64,000 nucleotides of DNA from an uncultured Chlorobiota bacterium (GTDB lineage Bacteria > Bacteroidota > Bacteroidia > Bacteroidales > JAADGE01). The stretch spans positions 5,145-69,144 of the forward strand of contig CAMZKV010000008.1 of the NCBI GenBank assembly GCA_947311445.1, read 5' to 3'. A program made the position numbers and the translations under genes. This document shows, piece by piece, positions 39,470 through 47,815 of this stretch. The notes under the pieces were generated by a model. It saw only the letters and a program-made list of their open reading frames with translations, did no database searches and was not told the origin of the DNA. How positions within the stretch are numbered: position 1 is the first letter of the stretch; every line of letters starts with the position of its first letter.

Positions 39470-40272
39470 GTTTTGTAGGTTAAAGAAATACTATATCCGC
39501 CATATTTTCTAACATTTATAACGTGCCCGTCGTCAAAAATTAAATATTGTCCTTTTATTCCAACAAGTTTTCCGGAAAAAGATTTTAACTTTTCAAGATT
39601 TATGCTTTTTACTTTTGTTGGATACTTTTTAATAGGATATTTTATTTCTTGGATTTTATTATCCTCTATAATGTATTTATTTAGGTCACTTCGCAATAAA
39701 CTTTTAGTGTTTGCTTTTTCAGTTTTTAAATCTATATTAAAATCTATATCATTTTTTAACATTTTTTGCCAACTTGTTCTATCCGAAATATGTTTTTTTA
39801 GATTAATTTCAATTAATCCTGCAAGATGTCTGTTTGGAGTTTCTGCAAATTTAATTGCCTTTATTGCTCCTTGGTCAATCCATCTGGTTGGAATTTGACT
39901 TGCTCTTGTTACTCCAACTTTTACATTACTTGAAAGAGCTAAATAAACAATATGATTTGTTAAGCAATTATTTTTAGACCATTCCATATCTCTTGCATTT
40001 CCAAGATGTGCTTCGCAAAGTTCCGGCTTTAAAATACAGGGAGCTGTTTCGGGAGAATCTGCAAAACACGGAAAACAAAAACCTTGAGCAAATGACTTTA
40101 TAGTTTTATTGCCACATTTAATACAGTTTATATCATTTTTCCAATGAATAGTTAAATTTTTTCCAATAAGACAATTCATTTCAATTTTATTTCCTGATAA
40201 AACTAATGAATAATTAACCAAACTGTTTGAAAGTTTAGTTGTCATTTTTCTTAAATTTCCTTCATGTTTCAT
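39466..40272 (-). CDS. hypothetical zinc-ribbon protein (DUF2797-like)
   Basis: CIKCGNKT...CFPCF cysteine pairs near the N-terminus. The stop codon overlaps the xrtF stop (TTAG). Confidence 0.45.
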   Translation of the reverse strand: MKHEGNLRKMTTKLSNSLVNYSLVLSGNKIEMNCLIGKNLTIHWKNDINCIKCGNKTIKSFAQGFCFPCFADSPETAPCILKPELCEAHLGNARDMEWSKNNCLTNHIVYLALSSNVKVGVTRASQIPTRWIDQGAIKAIKFAETPNRHLAGLIEINLKKHISDRTSWQKMLKNDIDFNIDLKTEKANTKSLLRSDLNKYIIEDNKIQEIKYPIKKYPTKVKSINLEKLKSFSGKLVGIKGQYLIFDDGHVINVRKYGGYSISLTYKT

Positions 40273-40428
40273 AGTTTACAAAAATAATTAAAAAATCTCG
40301 GAAAAATAATTCAACTAAACATTCAACAAAACTTATTTTTAAGTATTTGAATATTAGTTAATTATAGCATTAGAATTGTTTTTAGGATTTGCAACTATAT
40401 TAAATATTAAAAAAAAACAGTACTTTGT

Positions 40429-40461
40429 TTTGCATAGTACTTAACGTTTTTCATATCTTTG
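40429..40461 (+). promoter_or_regulatory. Bacteroidota-type promoter (-33 TTTG / -7 TAnnTTTG)
   Basis: TTTG at 40429-40432 and TATCTTTG at 40454-40461 with 21-nt spacing; 30 nt upstream of the ATG at 40492. Confidence 0.5.
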
Positions 40462-40491
40462 TATTGTTAAATATTATATAAAACTTAAAAA

Positions 40492-41007
40492 ATGGAAAAA
40501 ATAACAACACTAAGCATCAACCATACAGAATATAAATTTATGGAATCTGCCCACCAAATGCTCTCAGATTATAATAGTTTTCTTAAAAGGACAATAAAGG
40601 ATAAAAACAGATTAAATGATATTGAAATTCAAATTTCTGTTCTGTTAGATTTAGAAATTGAAAACAAAGGAGGTGATAAGATTGTAACAGAAGAAGTTTT
40701 AATAGAGGTTATTTCAGTTTTAAAAGATAATCAGAAAATTTATTATCGACCACAAAAAAGAAGAAAACCTGTTTCTGAACAATATAAAAAACAGAATAAA
40801 AAGAAAAGAAAAAACAGAACTTTTAAGCTGAGAAGAGATTCTGAAAACAATATTCTCGGGGGTGTTTGTTCTGGAATTGAAAAAAGAATAGGCATTAATA
40901 CTGTATTACTTCGGGTTTTATTTATAGCAGGAGCATTTTTTAAAGGTTTTATGATTCCGGCATATATAGTTTTATGGATAATAATACCTTCTGATAAAAA
41001 TAATTAA
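40492..41007 (+). CDS. PspC domain-containing membrane protein
   Basis: C-terminal NNILGGVCSGIEKRIGINTVLLRVLFI...IVLWIIIP is the PspC motif, preceded by a K/R-rich linker. Confidence 0.7.
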   Translation: MEKITTLSINHTEYKFMESAHQMLSDYNSFLKRTIKDKNRLNDIEIQISVLLDLEIENKGGDKIVTEEVLIEVISVLKDNQKIYYRPQKRRKPVSEQYKKQNKKKRKNRTFKLRRDSENNILGGVCSGIEKRIGINTVLLRVLFIAGAFFKGFMIPAYIVLWIIIPSDKNN

Positions 41008-41050
41008 GCCACAATAATTAAACTTGAGAAAAAAAATAAAATTTATACAA

Positions 41051-41211
41051 ATGAAACACCCACGACAAATATCTTACACCAAAGATAACCCTGTATACCG
41101 TTGCCTTGCAGAAAAAAGCAAGTGTTCCTATGTGCAGAATAACACATTTATTATAAATACAAAAATTAAAGTAACTAACTCAATGTAAATTAATTAGAAA
41201 ATTTTAGACAC
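41051..41211 (+). repeat. conserved upstream module, copy C
   Basis: atgaaacacccacgacaaatatcttacaccaaagataaccctgtataccgttgccttgcagaaaaaagcaagtgttcctatgtgcag...gtaaattaattagaaaattttagacacATG. Differs from copy A by a single 1-nt indel across the cttgcag...tgtgcag block. Confidence 0.75.
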
Positions 41212-41547
41212 ATGAAAACAGAAAATGTAAAAGCTCAAATGAGAAAAGGTGTTCTTGAATTTTGCACACTATCAATACTATCCGGAGGATATGCATATAC
41301 TTCTGACATTATTAAAGAACTTAAAGAAGCAGAGTTGATTATAGTTGAAGGAACACTTTACCCACTACTAACGAGACAAAAAAATGCAGGTCTTTTAAGT
41401 TATAAATGGGAAGAATCAACACAAGGACCTCCTCGAAAATATTATATTTTAACAGAAAAAGGAGAGTCTGTTTTAAAAGAGTTAGATAATTCTTGGAATA
41501 ATTTAACCCATTCTGTTGAAAAGATAAGAAAAACAAAACGAGGATAA
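41212..41547 (+). CDS. PadR family transcriptional regulator
   Basis: 111 aa; winged-helix blocks LEFCTLSIL, GTLYPLLTRQKNAGLL, PRKYYILTEKG. Confidence 0.85.
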   Translation: MKTENVKAQMRKGVLEFCTLSILSGGYAYTSDIIKELKEAELIIVEGTLYPLLTRQKNAGLLSYKWEESTQGPPRKYYILTEKGESVLKELDNSWNNLTHSVEKIRKTKRG

Positions 41548-41588
41548 AGTCTTTAAAGTATATAAATTTTAAAAAAATAGTATATAAA

Positions 41589-42233
41589 ATGAAAAAAGCA
41601 ATAAGAATTCACATTACAGGATATATTTTTAACATTGAAGAAGATGCATATGTTCTTCTTGAAAAATGGCTTGATGATGTTTTAAATCAATATGAAGAAG
41701 AAGAAGACGGAGAAGAAATTTTTAAAGATATTGAAATGCGTGTTGCAGAATTATTTCATGCAAAAGTTGGAAAAGAAGGAGTTGTTTCTTTGGCAGAAGT
41801 TAATGGAGTTATTAAAACAATGGGACAACCCGAAGAATTTGAAGATATAGAAAATGCGAAACAAAAACCGTCAAAACAAGAGAGAAATTTTTCTGAAAAA
41901 AACAGAAAAAGCAAAAGACTGAGACGTTTTTATCGAGACGAAGAAAACAATATACTAGGGGGTGTTTGTATTGGTGCCGGACATTATCTTGGAATTGATC
42001 CGGTTTTAATAAGGTTGGGGTTTATTTTGGCAACAGTTCTTGCCGGATTTGGTCCAATAGTATATCTTGTTCTTTGGATTGTTACTCCAAAAGCCAAAAC
42101 AGTATCGCAAAAATTGGAAATGAAAGGAGAACCTGTAAACATAAACAATATTGAAAAAGCCATAAAAGAGGAAATAGAGTATGTTAAGGAAAAATTTATT
42201 AGACAAAAAAAACATGAAAATAAACGACATTAA
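41589..42233 (+). CDS. PspC domain-containing membrane protein
   Basis: ENNILGGVCIGAGHYLGIDPVLIRLGFIL...LVLWIVTPKA. The N-terminal domain is paralogous to that of 40492..41007. Confidence 0.75.
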   Translation: MKKAIRIHITGYIFNIEEDAYVLLEKWLDDVLNQYEEEEDGEEIFKDIEMRVAELFHAKVGKEGVVSLAEVNGVIKTMGQPEEFEDIENAKQKPSKQERNFSEKNRKSKRLRRFYRDEENNILGGVCIGAGHYLGIDPVLIRLGFILATVLAGFGPIVYLVLWIVTPKAKTVSQKLEMKGEPVNINNIEKAIKEEIEYVKEKFIRQKKHENKRH

Positions 42234-42488
42234 TTTTTAGAAATCTCCCTTTAATAAAAAAACAATTTTAATATTTGGGTTTTAAAACAAGTTTCTATCA
42301 AAAAAACAAACAATAAAATTTTTTAAATACTAAACTTTATATATTTTTGAAAAAAAGACATATATTGTTAAATGAGAGCATAAAAAGTTATTCAGTTGAT
42401 TTGATTTCATATAAAAACTATATGTTTATAAGGGGAAGACACGAAAATTAACCCGATTAAAATCATATAATTATAAAATTTAACTTAC

Positions 42489-43913
42489 GTGAAAATATCT
42501 GTAAAAAAAGCTATAATAAAACTTCTCGATAGACCGGAAATAAAAAATATAGAACAATTAGCAGAAGAGGTTAAAAAACTTTCTGGTTCTAAGTGGAACA
42601 CAAAACAAATAAAAAACTTCATTGAAAAACTTCTTATAGAAAATTATGATTATTCAGATTATTTGATAAAAGAAAACGGGAAACTATGTAGAAAAGCATT
42701 TCTATTTGCAAAAACAAAGTTTAAAATTAAACTTACTGAAAAAGAAATAGAGGAAAAACAACTTGTAATCGGACATAGATTTATACCCTTTATTTCAAAT
42801 AATACTTTGCTAAAAGATATTATACTCTTTGATTCAAATGGAAAAAAAATAAAAAAAATAAAACAAAACATAAATTTTGCTGATGTCGAGACATATCTTT
42901 CTTTTTATGATTTAGCACAAATTACATATTTGCAAGATGTTGAAGGTGAAACTGTAATCGCAAGTTGTTTTGATTTAAATCAATGGTTTGACGAAAACGA
43001 ATTTACTCCATACGATTATATTCAAATACAAGTTCTTGACTTTTACAAAAGTGAATTTAAAATTGAAAAAATAGAAAGTAGAGATTATAATACTAAAAAA
43101 TTAGTTTTTGACAAGAGAGATACAGAACTGGAAAATGCAATTTTAGAAATAATACAAACAGAAGACATGCCATCTGTTGTTTATCAATTGCTTTTTTATG
43201 CCTATGCAGAACTAAACATGGAAACAATAAAGGAAACTGGCTCTCCGTTGTCAATTTTTATAAATACAAGCGAAAAATTTAACTTGGAAAATATTTCAGG
43301 AATACCTTTTTTAGTTAAAGAAGGAACAACATTACATGAAAGATTTGCAGAGGTGGAATTGCCGGAACCAGGCAAAGCAAAAAATTTAAATGGGATTTTT
43401 AGAGAATTGGGCTATAGTTTTTCTGAAAATTTTGTTATAGCATTAATAATTCAGCAAATAAAAACAAAAGGAAAAATTAATATTGATAAAATAATATCAA
43501 TAATTTTGAAAACAGAATATGATTTTATTAACCAAAAACAAGCCAAAAATTTTGAAAAAGCATTCAATAAAGTTTTAAAAACTACAATAAAAAAATGGAC
43601 AAATATTAGAATTAATAAGTATGTACTTTGGCTTCTTGAAATAAGTATAGATATTCAAAAAAACACAAATAAATTGCTTCGAGCAACTGATAAATTTTTA
43701 AATACGAACCCGCATTTAGTTGAAAGTTTCGATTATTCTATTCTTGACACATACAGACCAATTGAATTGTCGGCAGAAGAAATGATAACTTTTATTGTAG
43801 AAAGCAAGGCAAAAATACCCGCAAAAGAAGCGAAAAAAATTGCAGAACAACTTGCAGATGTTTTAGAAGACATAAAGTTTGAAATTAAAGAAATTATTGA
43901 AAGTTATTCATAA
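42489..43913 (+). CDS. hypothetical protein (GTG start)
   Basis: Long uninterrupted ORF of 474 aa with no internal Met for the first approx. 230 residues. No motif recognised. Confidence 0.4.
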   Translation: MKISVKKAIIKLLDRPEIKNIEQLAEEVKKLSGSKWNTKQIKNFIEKLLIENYDYSDYLIKENGKLCRKAFLFAKTKFKIKLTEKEIEEKQLVIGHRFIPFISNNTLLKDIILFDSNGKKIKKIKQNINFADVETYLSFYDLAQITYLQDVEGETVIASCFDLNQWFDENEFTPYDYIQIQVLDFYKSEFKIEKIESRDYNTKKLVFDKRDTELENAILEIIQTEDMPSVVYQLLFYAYAELNMETIKETGSPLSIFINTSEKFNLENISGIPFLVKEGTTLHERFAEVELPEPGKAKNLNGIFRELGYSFSENFVIALIIQQIKTKGKINIDKIISIILKTEYDFINQKQAKNFEKAFNKVLKTTIKKWTNIRINKYVLWLLEISIDIQKNTNKLLRATDKFLNTNPHLVESFDYSILDTYRPIELSAEEMITFIVESKAKIPAKEAKKIAEQLADVLEDIKFEIKEIIESYS

Positions 43914-43937
43914 ATAAACATTTTAACATACAATATT

Positions 43938-44867
43938 ATGGCAACAACTCAACAAATTTTCAAAACCAAAGATAATAAAGATATAACTTATTTTAAATAT
44001 GTTCCTGAAGGTGATAAAAAAGCTATAATAATAATAACACACGGAATGGCAGAACATGCTAAACGTTATGATACCTTTGCTAAATTTCTTAATAAAAATG
44101 GTTATATTGTTTATGCTCACGACCAAAGAGGACATGGAAAAACTGCAGGAAGTGTTGATAAACTAGGTTTTTTTGCAGAAAAAGGAGGATGGCAAAAAGT
44201 AACAGACGATTTAGCTACACTTGTTGAAATTGCAAAAAAAGATTATCCTGAATATCCTGTGTTTTTATTTGGACACAGTATGGGCTCTTTTATAACACGA
44301 ACCTATCTGATTGAAAATTCTAATAAAGTTAAAGGAGCAATCCTTTCGGGCACTGCCGGAAGTGCAGGTCTTCTGGGAAAAATTGGTTTGTTATTAACTC
44401 GAATAATAATGTTATTTCATAAAAAAAACACACCGAGTCCGCTAATGGACAAACTTTCTTTTGGAGATTTTAACAAAGCCTTTAAACCAAATAGGACTGC
44501 TTTTGATTGGTTAAGTAGAGATAATGCACAGGTTGATAAATACATTAACGATGAATATTGCGGAACAGTTTTTTCTGTTGGTTTTTTTAATGATATGATG
44601 AAAGGACTTGAACTAGTAAACAGAAAAGACACAGCAAAAAAATTAAGGAACAATCTTGCTGTTTACTTATTCTCTGGCGATAAAGACCCTGTTAGTAAGA
44701 ACGGTAAACAAGTAAAAGACGTTTTTGAAATGTATAAAACTGCCGGAATATCTAATATTCAACTAAAACTATATGAAAATGCAAGGCATGAAACTTTAAA
44801 CGAAACAAATAAAGATGAGGTTTTTAATGATGTTTTGTCTTGGTTGGATTCAAACTTAGCCTTATAA
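43938..44867 (+). CDS. alpha/beta hydrolase (lysophospholipase / monoacylglycerol lipase-like)
   Basis: HGMAEH, nucleophile elbow GHSMGS, and C-terminal ARHE block. Confidence 0.8.
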   Translation: MATTQQIFKTKDNKDITYFKYVPEGDKKAIIIITHGMAEHAKRYDTFAKFLNKNGYIVYAHDQRGHGKTAGSVDKLGFFAEKGGWQKVTDDLATLVEIAKKDYPEYPVFLFGHSMGSFITRTYLIENSNKVKGAILSGTAGSAGLLGKIGLLLTRIIMLFHKKNTPSPLMDKLSFGDFNKAFKPNRTAFDWLSRDNAQVDKYINDEYCGTVFSVGFFNDMMKGLELVNRKDTAKKLRNNLAVYLFSGDKDPVSKNGKQVKDVFEMYKTAGISNIQLKLYENARHETLNETNKDEVFNDVLSWLDSNLAL

Positions 44868-44870
44868 AAT

Positions 44871-46580
44871 TTAAATATCTTTTTCTTTTAATATTTTAGA
44901 AATCTTAGCCTTTAATTCTTCGTTTTCTTTTTTTATAGATTCAATGTCCCCAATTGTGTCATTGAGTTTTTTAAGTTCAAGAATGTTTTTTCTTATTTCA
45001 AACTCTTGATTTTCAATTTGTTTTTCATAATCCTGTGATTTTTCAAGCCTCCCTTTAATACGGATGTTAATTGCTGTATTTGCCAAAGAAGAAGCAATAC
45101 TTTCTGCAATTTTTTCAATCATATCAATTTCATATTTTTCAATTTCGTTAAAAGAAGCTAATTCTATAACACCAAGAACTTCGTCTTCAACTTTTAAAGG
45201 AACAATAAGAATTGATTTTGGATTTGCACTACCGGTTCCGGATTCAATTTCAATATATTCATTGGGAACATCTGTCATATAAACAATATGCTTTTCAAGA
45301 ACAACCGCACCAACAAGACCTTCTCCGGGTTTAATGTGTTTGTGTAAATGTTTTTTTCTATTGTAAGCATAGGCTCCAAGTAATTCATATATAACATTTT
45401 CCTTGTCTTCTTCATTTAAGAAAAACAAAGCTCCTTGGTTTGCTCCAATAAGTTTAACCATTGCAGAAATTATCTCATCTGCAAAATCATTAATGTTCCC
45501 AGATTGTTGTCGCATTATTTCATTAAACAAAGTTAAACCTTCGTTCGTTCTATTTCTTTGAGAATCTTCTTCTTTTCTTTTTTTCTCTTCCACTTGTGTT
45601 AAAATCAGATTGTCTCTTAAAGATAATAAGGAAGTTCCCAAAGCATCTTCTTCTCCTAGCAAACTGTATTTAGCATCAAAATTTCCTTTTCCTATTTCTG
45701 TTGAAAAAGCTACTAGTTTTTTTAATCCGTCAACTAATTTATTAATATATTTTACTACTAGGTTTAGTTCTTCTGTTTTTACTTCACTAAGGCTTTTGGG
45801 AAGGTTACCTTTTGTTATAGAACTTAAGTGGTCTTGAATTTTGTATATGGGCTTATTAACTAACTCGAAAAGAAAGCGAAAAATTAAAAACAATAGAAAA
45901 AAAAGGAAAACAAAAAATATTGCAATTGAGTTTTGAGATTTATTAATTTTTGTTGTGTTCTCTTTTTCTAAAAACAAAGCAGATGTCTTATATTTAATAT
46001 GGGCATTTTCTAGCTTTGTGTTAATTTCTTCGTATAGTTTTTGAAGTTGTGTTTTTAAATTCTTAATTTCCAAAAGCAAATTTGTCTTTACTTTTGTTTT
46101 TATGTTATCATTTTCCAAGCCGTATTTTTCAATAAAATAAATGTCAAAGTCTAATTTTTTTTGAGATTTACTTACAATTTTTTTTGCAATAGATATGTAT
46201 TCTTTTGAATATAATGAGCTTGTTTTTTTTAAACCAATGTTTGTTATTTTATTTTCTTTTAAAATAGTATCTGTGTTATTAATTAGAATTTTTTTAAAAT
46301 TATTAATAATAAGATACTTGTTTTTAAAATGTTCAGACACCAAACTATTATATTCTTTTTTATTTACAGAAGATAATATTTTTAAAAGATTATTGTCGTG
46401 CGAAACTGTTGAAATTGTTTCTTTTAAAACAGCTTCTATTTTTGAAATTTTTGAAGTTTTTGCCTTTAAAGACTTAATGTTTTCCAAAATAAGTATTTCT
46501 CGAACTCCCCATACTATAACAAGCAGGGTAATAACACTAAAGCTAATCAGGAATATTGTATATAAATTTAATTTCTTCAT
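44871..46580 (-). CDS. membrane sensor-like protein: TM - extracytoplasmic region - TM - HAMP - GAF, flanked by coiled coils
   Basis: Two TM helices (res 5-30 and approx. 215-240), HAMP-like PIYKIQDHL...LVDGLKKL, and a GAF block GEGLVGAVVLEKHIVYMTDV...LIVPLKVEDEVLGVIELASF. No kinase, cyclase or DNA-binding output seen. Confidence 0.6.
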   Translation of the reverse strand: MKKLNLYTIFLISFSVITLLVIVWGVREILILENIKSLKAKTSKISKIEAVLKETISTVSHDNNLLKILSSVNKKEYNSLVSEHFKNKYLIINNFKKILINNTDTILKENKITNIGLKKTSSLYSKEYISIAKKIVSKSQKKLDFDIYFIEKYGLENDNIKTKVKTNLLLEIKNLKTQLQKLYEEINTKLENAHIKYKTSALFLEKENTTKINKSQNSIAIFFVFLFFLLFLIFRFLFELVNKPIYKIQDHLSSITKGNLPKSLSEVKTEELNLVVKYINKLVDGLKKLVAFSTEIGKGNFDAKYSLLGEEDALGTSLLSLRDNLILTQVEEKKRKEEDSQRNRTNEGLTLFNEIMRQQSGNINDFADEIISAMVKLIGANQGALFFLNEEDKENVIYELLGAYAYNRKKHLHKHIKPGEGLVGAVVLEKHIVYMTDVPNEYIEIESGTGSANPKSILIVPLKVEDEVLGVIELASFNEIEKYEIDMIEKIAESIASSLANTAINIRIKGRLEKSQDYEKQIENQEFEIRKNILELKKLNDTIGDIESIKKENEELKAKISKILKEKDI

Positions 46581-46704
46581 TAGATTATTGTTTTATAGAC
46601 TAAAGAATCTAAATCGAACATGTAGCAAAATTACAATTACAGAATTCGGCTTAAAGTTATAAAATTAAAATAACTTAATAAAAAAATGAATATAAAATAT
46701 AAAT

Positions 46705-47340
46705 TTATTGTATTTCTTTTATAAGAAAAGATTTTTTAAAAAAGATTATTAAAACAACTCCAATAGTTATTGTTGCATCGGCAAAATTAAAAATGTATGG
46801 GAAAAATGAAATTGTTTGACCCGGTTTCCAAGGCCACCATGACCATACGGGAAACCATGTAGGTGCAGAAATGTCAAAAAATGGAAAATAAAACATATCT
46901 ACGACATGACCATACAAAAAAGGTGCATAACCACCGTTTTCAGGGAAAATAGTTGCAACAGAGTGTACAGAGCTACTAAATATTTGACCATAAAAAGCAC
47001 TATCAATCATATTTCCGGTTGCTCCTGTTAGTATTAAAGCAACACTTAGTCTTGCAACCCAATTTATTTTTTGTTTAGATATTTTATAAAGATACCACGT
47101 TATTGCAATTATTGCAACAATCCTAAATAAACTTAAAATTAGTTTTCCTGCATCTCCTCCAAAAAGAATACCAAATGCAGCCCCTTTATTTTCTGTAAAG
47201 TTAAGTCTTGCCCATTTAATTCCGGGAATAATTGGTCCAATATCGCCAAGATTATATGTTGTTTTTATCCAAATTTTTAACGCTTGGTCAATGAAAAGAA
47301 GAAAAAAAACAAGTAAAAGTGATTTTTTAAATAACGACAT
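46705..47340 (-). CDS. lspA: lipoprotein signal peptidase II
   Basis: NKGAAFG and FNFADATITIGV catalytic Asp blocks; 4 TM helices. Confidence 0.85.
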   Translation of the reverse strand: MSLFKKSLLLVFFLLFIDQALKIWIKTTYNLGDIGPIIPGIKWARLNFTENKGAAFGILFGGDAGKLILSLFRIVAIIAITWYLYKISKQKINWVARLSVALILTGATGNMIDSAFYGQIFSSSVHSVATIFPENGGYAPFLYGHVVDMFYFPFFDISAPTWFPVWSWWPWKPGQTISFFPYIFNFADATITIGVVLIIFFKKSFLIKEIQ

Positions 47341-47414
47341 AAAAAGTGTTTTATTAATAAGACTTGCAGATAATAATATAAGTCCACAAGTCTTTCAGCT
47401 ATATATTAACAATT

Positions 47415-47804
47415 CTATTGGTTCTTTTTTGCTTCAATACAAAGGGTTGCATGTGGAACTGCTTTTAAGCGTTCTTTTTGAATTAGTTTTCCTGTTTGTC
47501 TGCATATTCCATATGTTTTATTTTCAACACGAACCAATGCTGCTTTAAGGTGAGAAATGAATTTTAATTGCCTTTGTGCCATTCTTCCATTGTGTTCTCG
47601 AGACAAAGTGTTTGCTCCCTCTTCCAAAACTTTAAAAGTGGGAGAAGTGTCTTGTGTATCGTTTGAATCTTCATGGGAAATTGTACTTTTTAAAAGCTGA
47701 AAATCTTTTTCTGCACGCTCCAATTTTTCTAAAATAATTTCTTTAAACTCTTGTAATTCTTCATCAGAATAATGATTTTTTTCGGGTTTTTTGTTTTCAG
47801 ACAT
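47415..47804 (-). CDS. DksA/TraR-like protein
   Basis: 129 aa with a coiled-coil N-half and the C-terminal YGICRQTGKLI...RLKAVPHATLCIEAK pattern. Only two Cys, so the zinc finger is degenerate. Confidence 0.7.
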   Translation of the reverse strand: MSENKKPEKNHYSDEELQEFKEIILEKLERAEKDFQLLKSTISHEDSNDTQDTSPTFKVLEEGANTLSREHNGRMAQRQLKFISHLKAALVRVENKTYGICRQTGKLIQKERLKAVPHATLCIEAKKNQ

Positions 47805-47815
47805 AATGAGTTATT

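Noticed and set aside
41051-41191. Small ORFs starting at the ATG that opens modules A, B and C (34, 8 and 46 codons) as conserved leader peptides
   Set aside because: The 1-nt indel between A and C shifts the frame while nucleotide identity continues. B stops after 8 codons, and D and E lack the ATG. Conservation is at the nucleotide level, not the peptide level.
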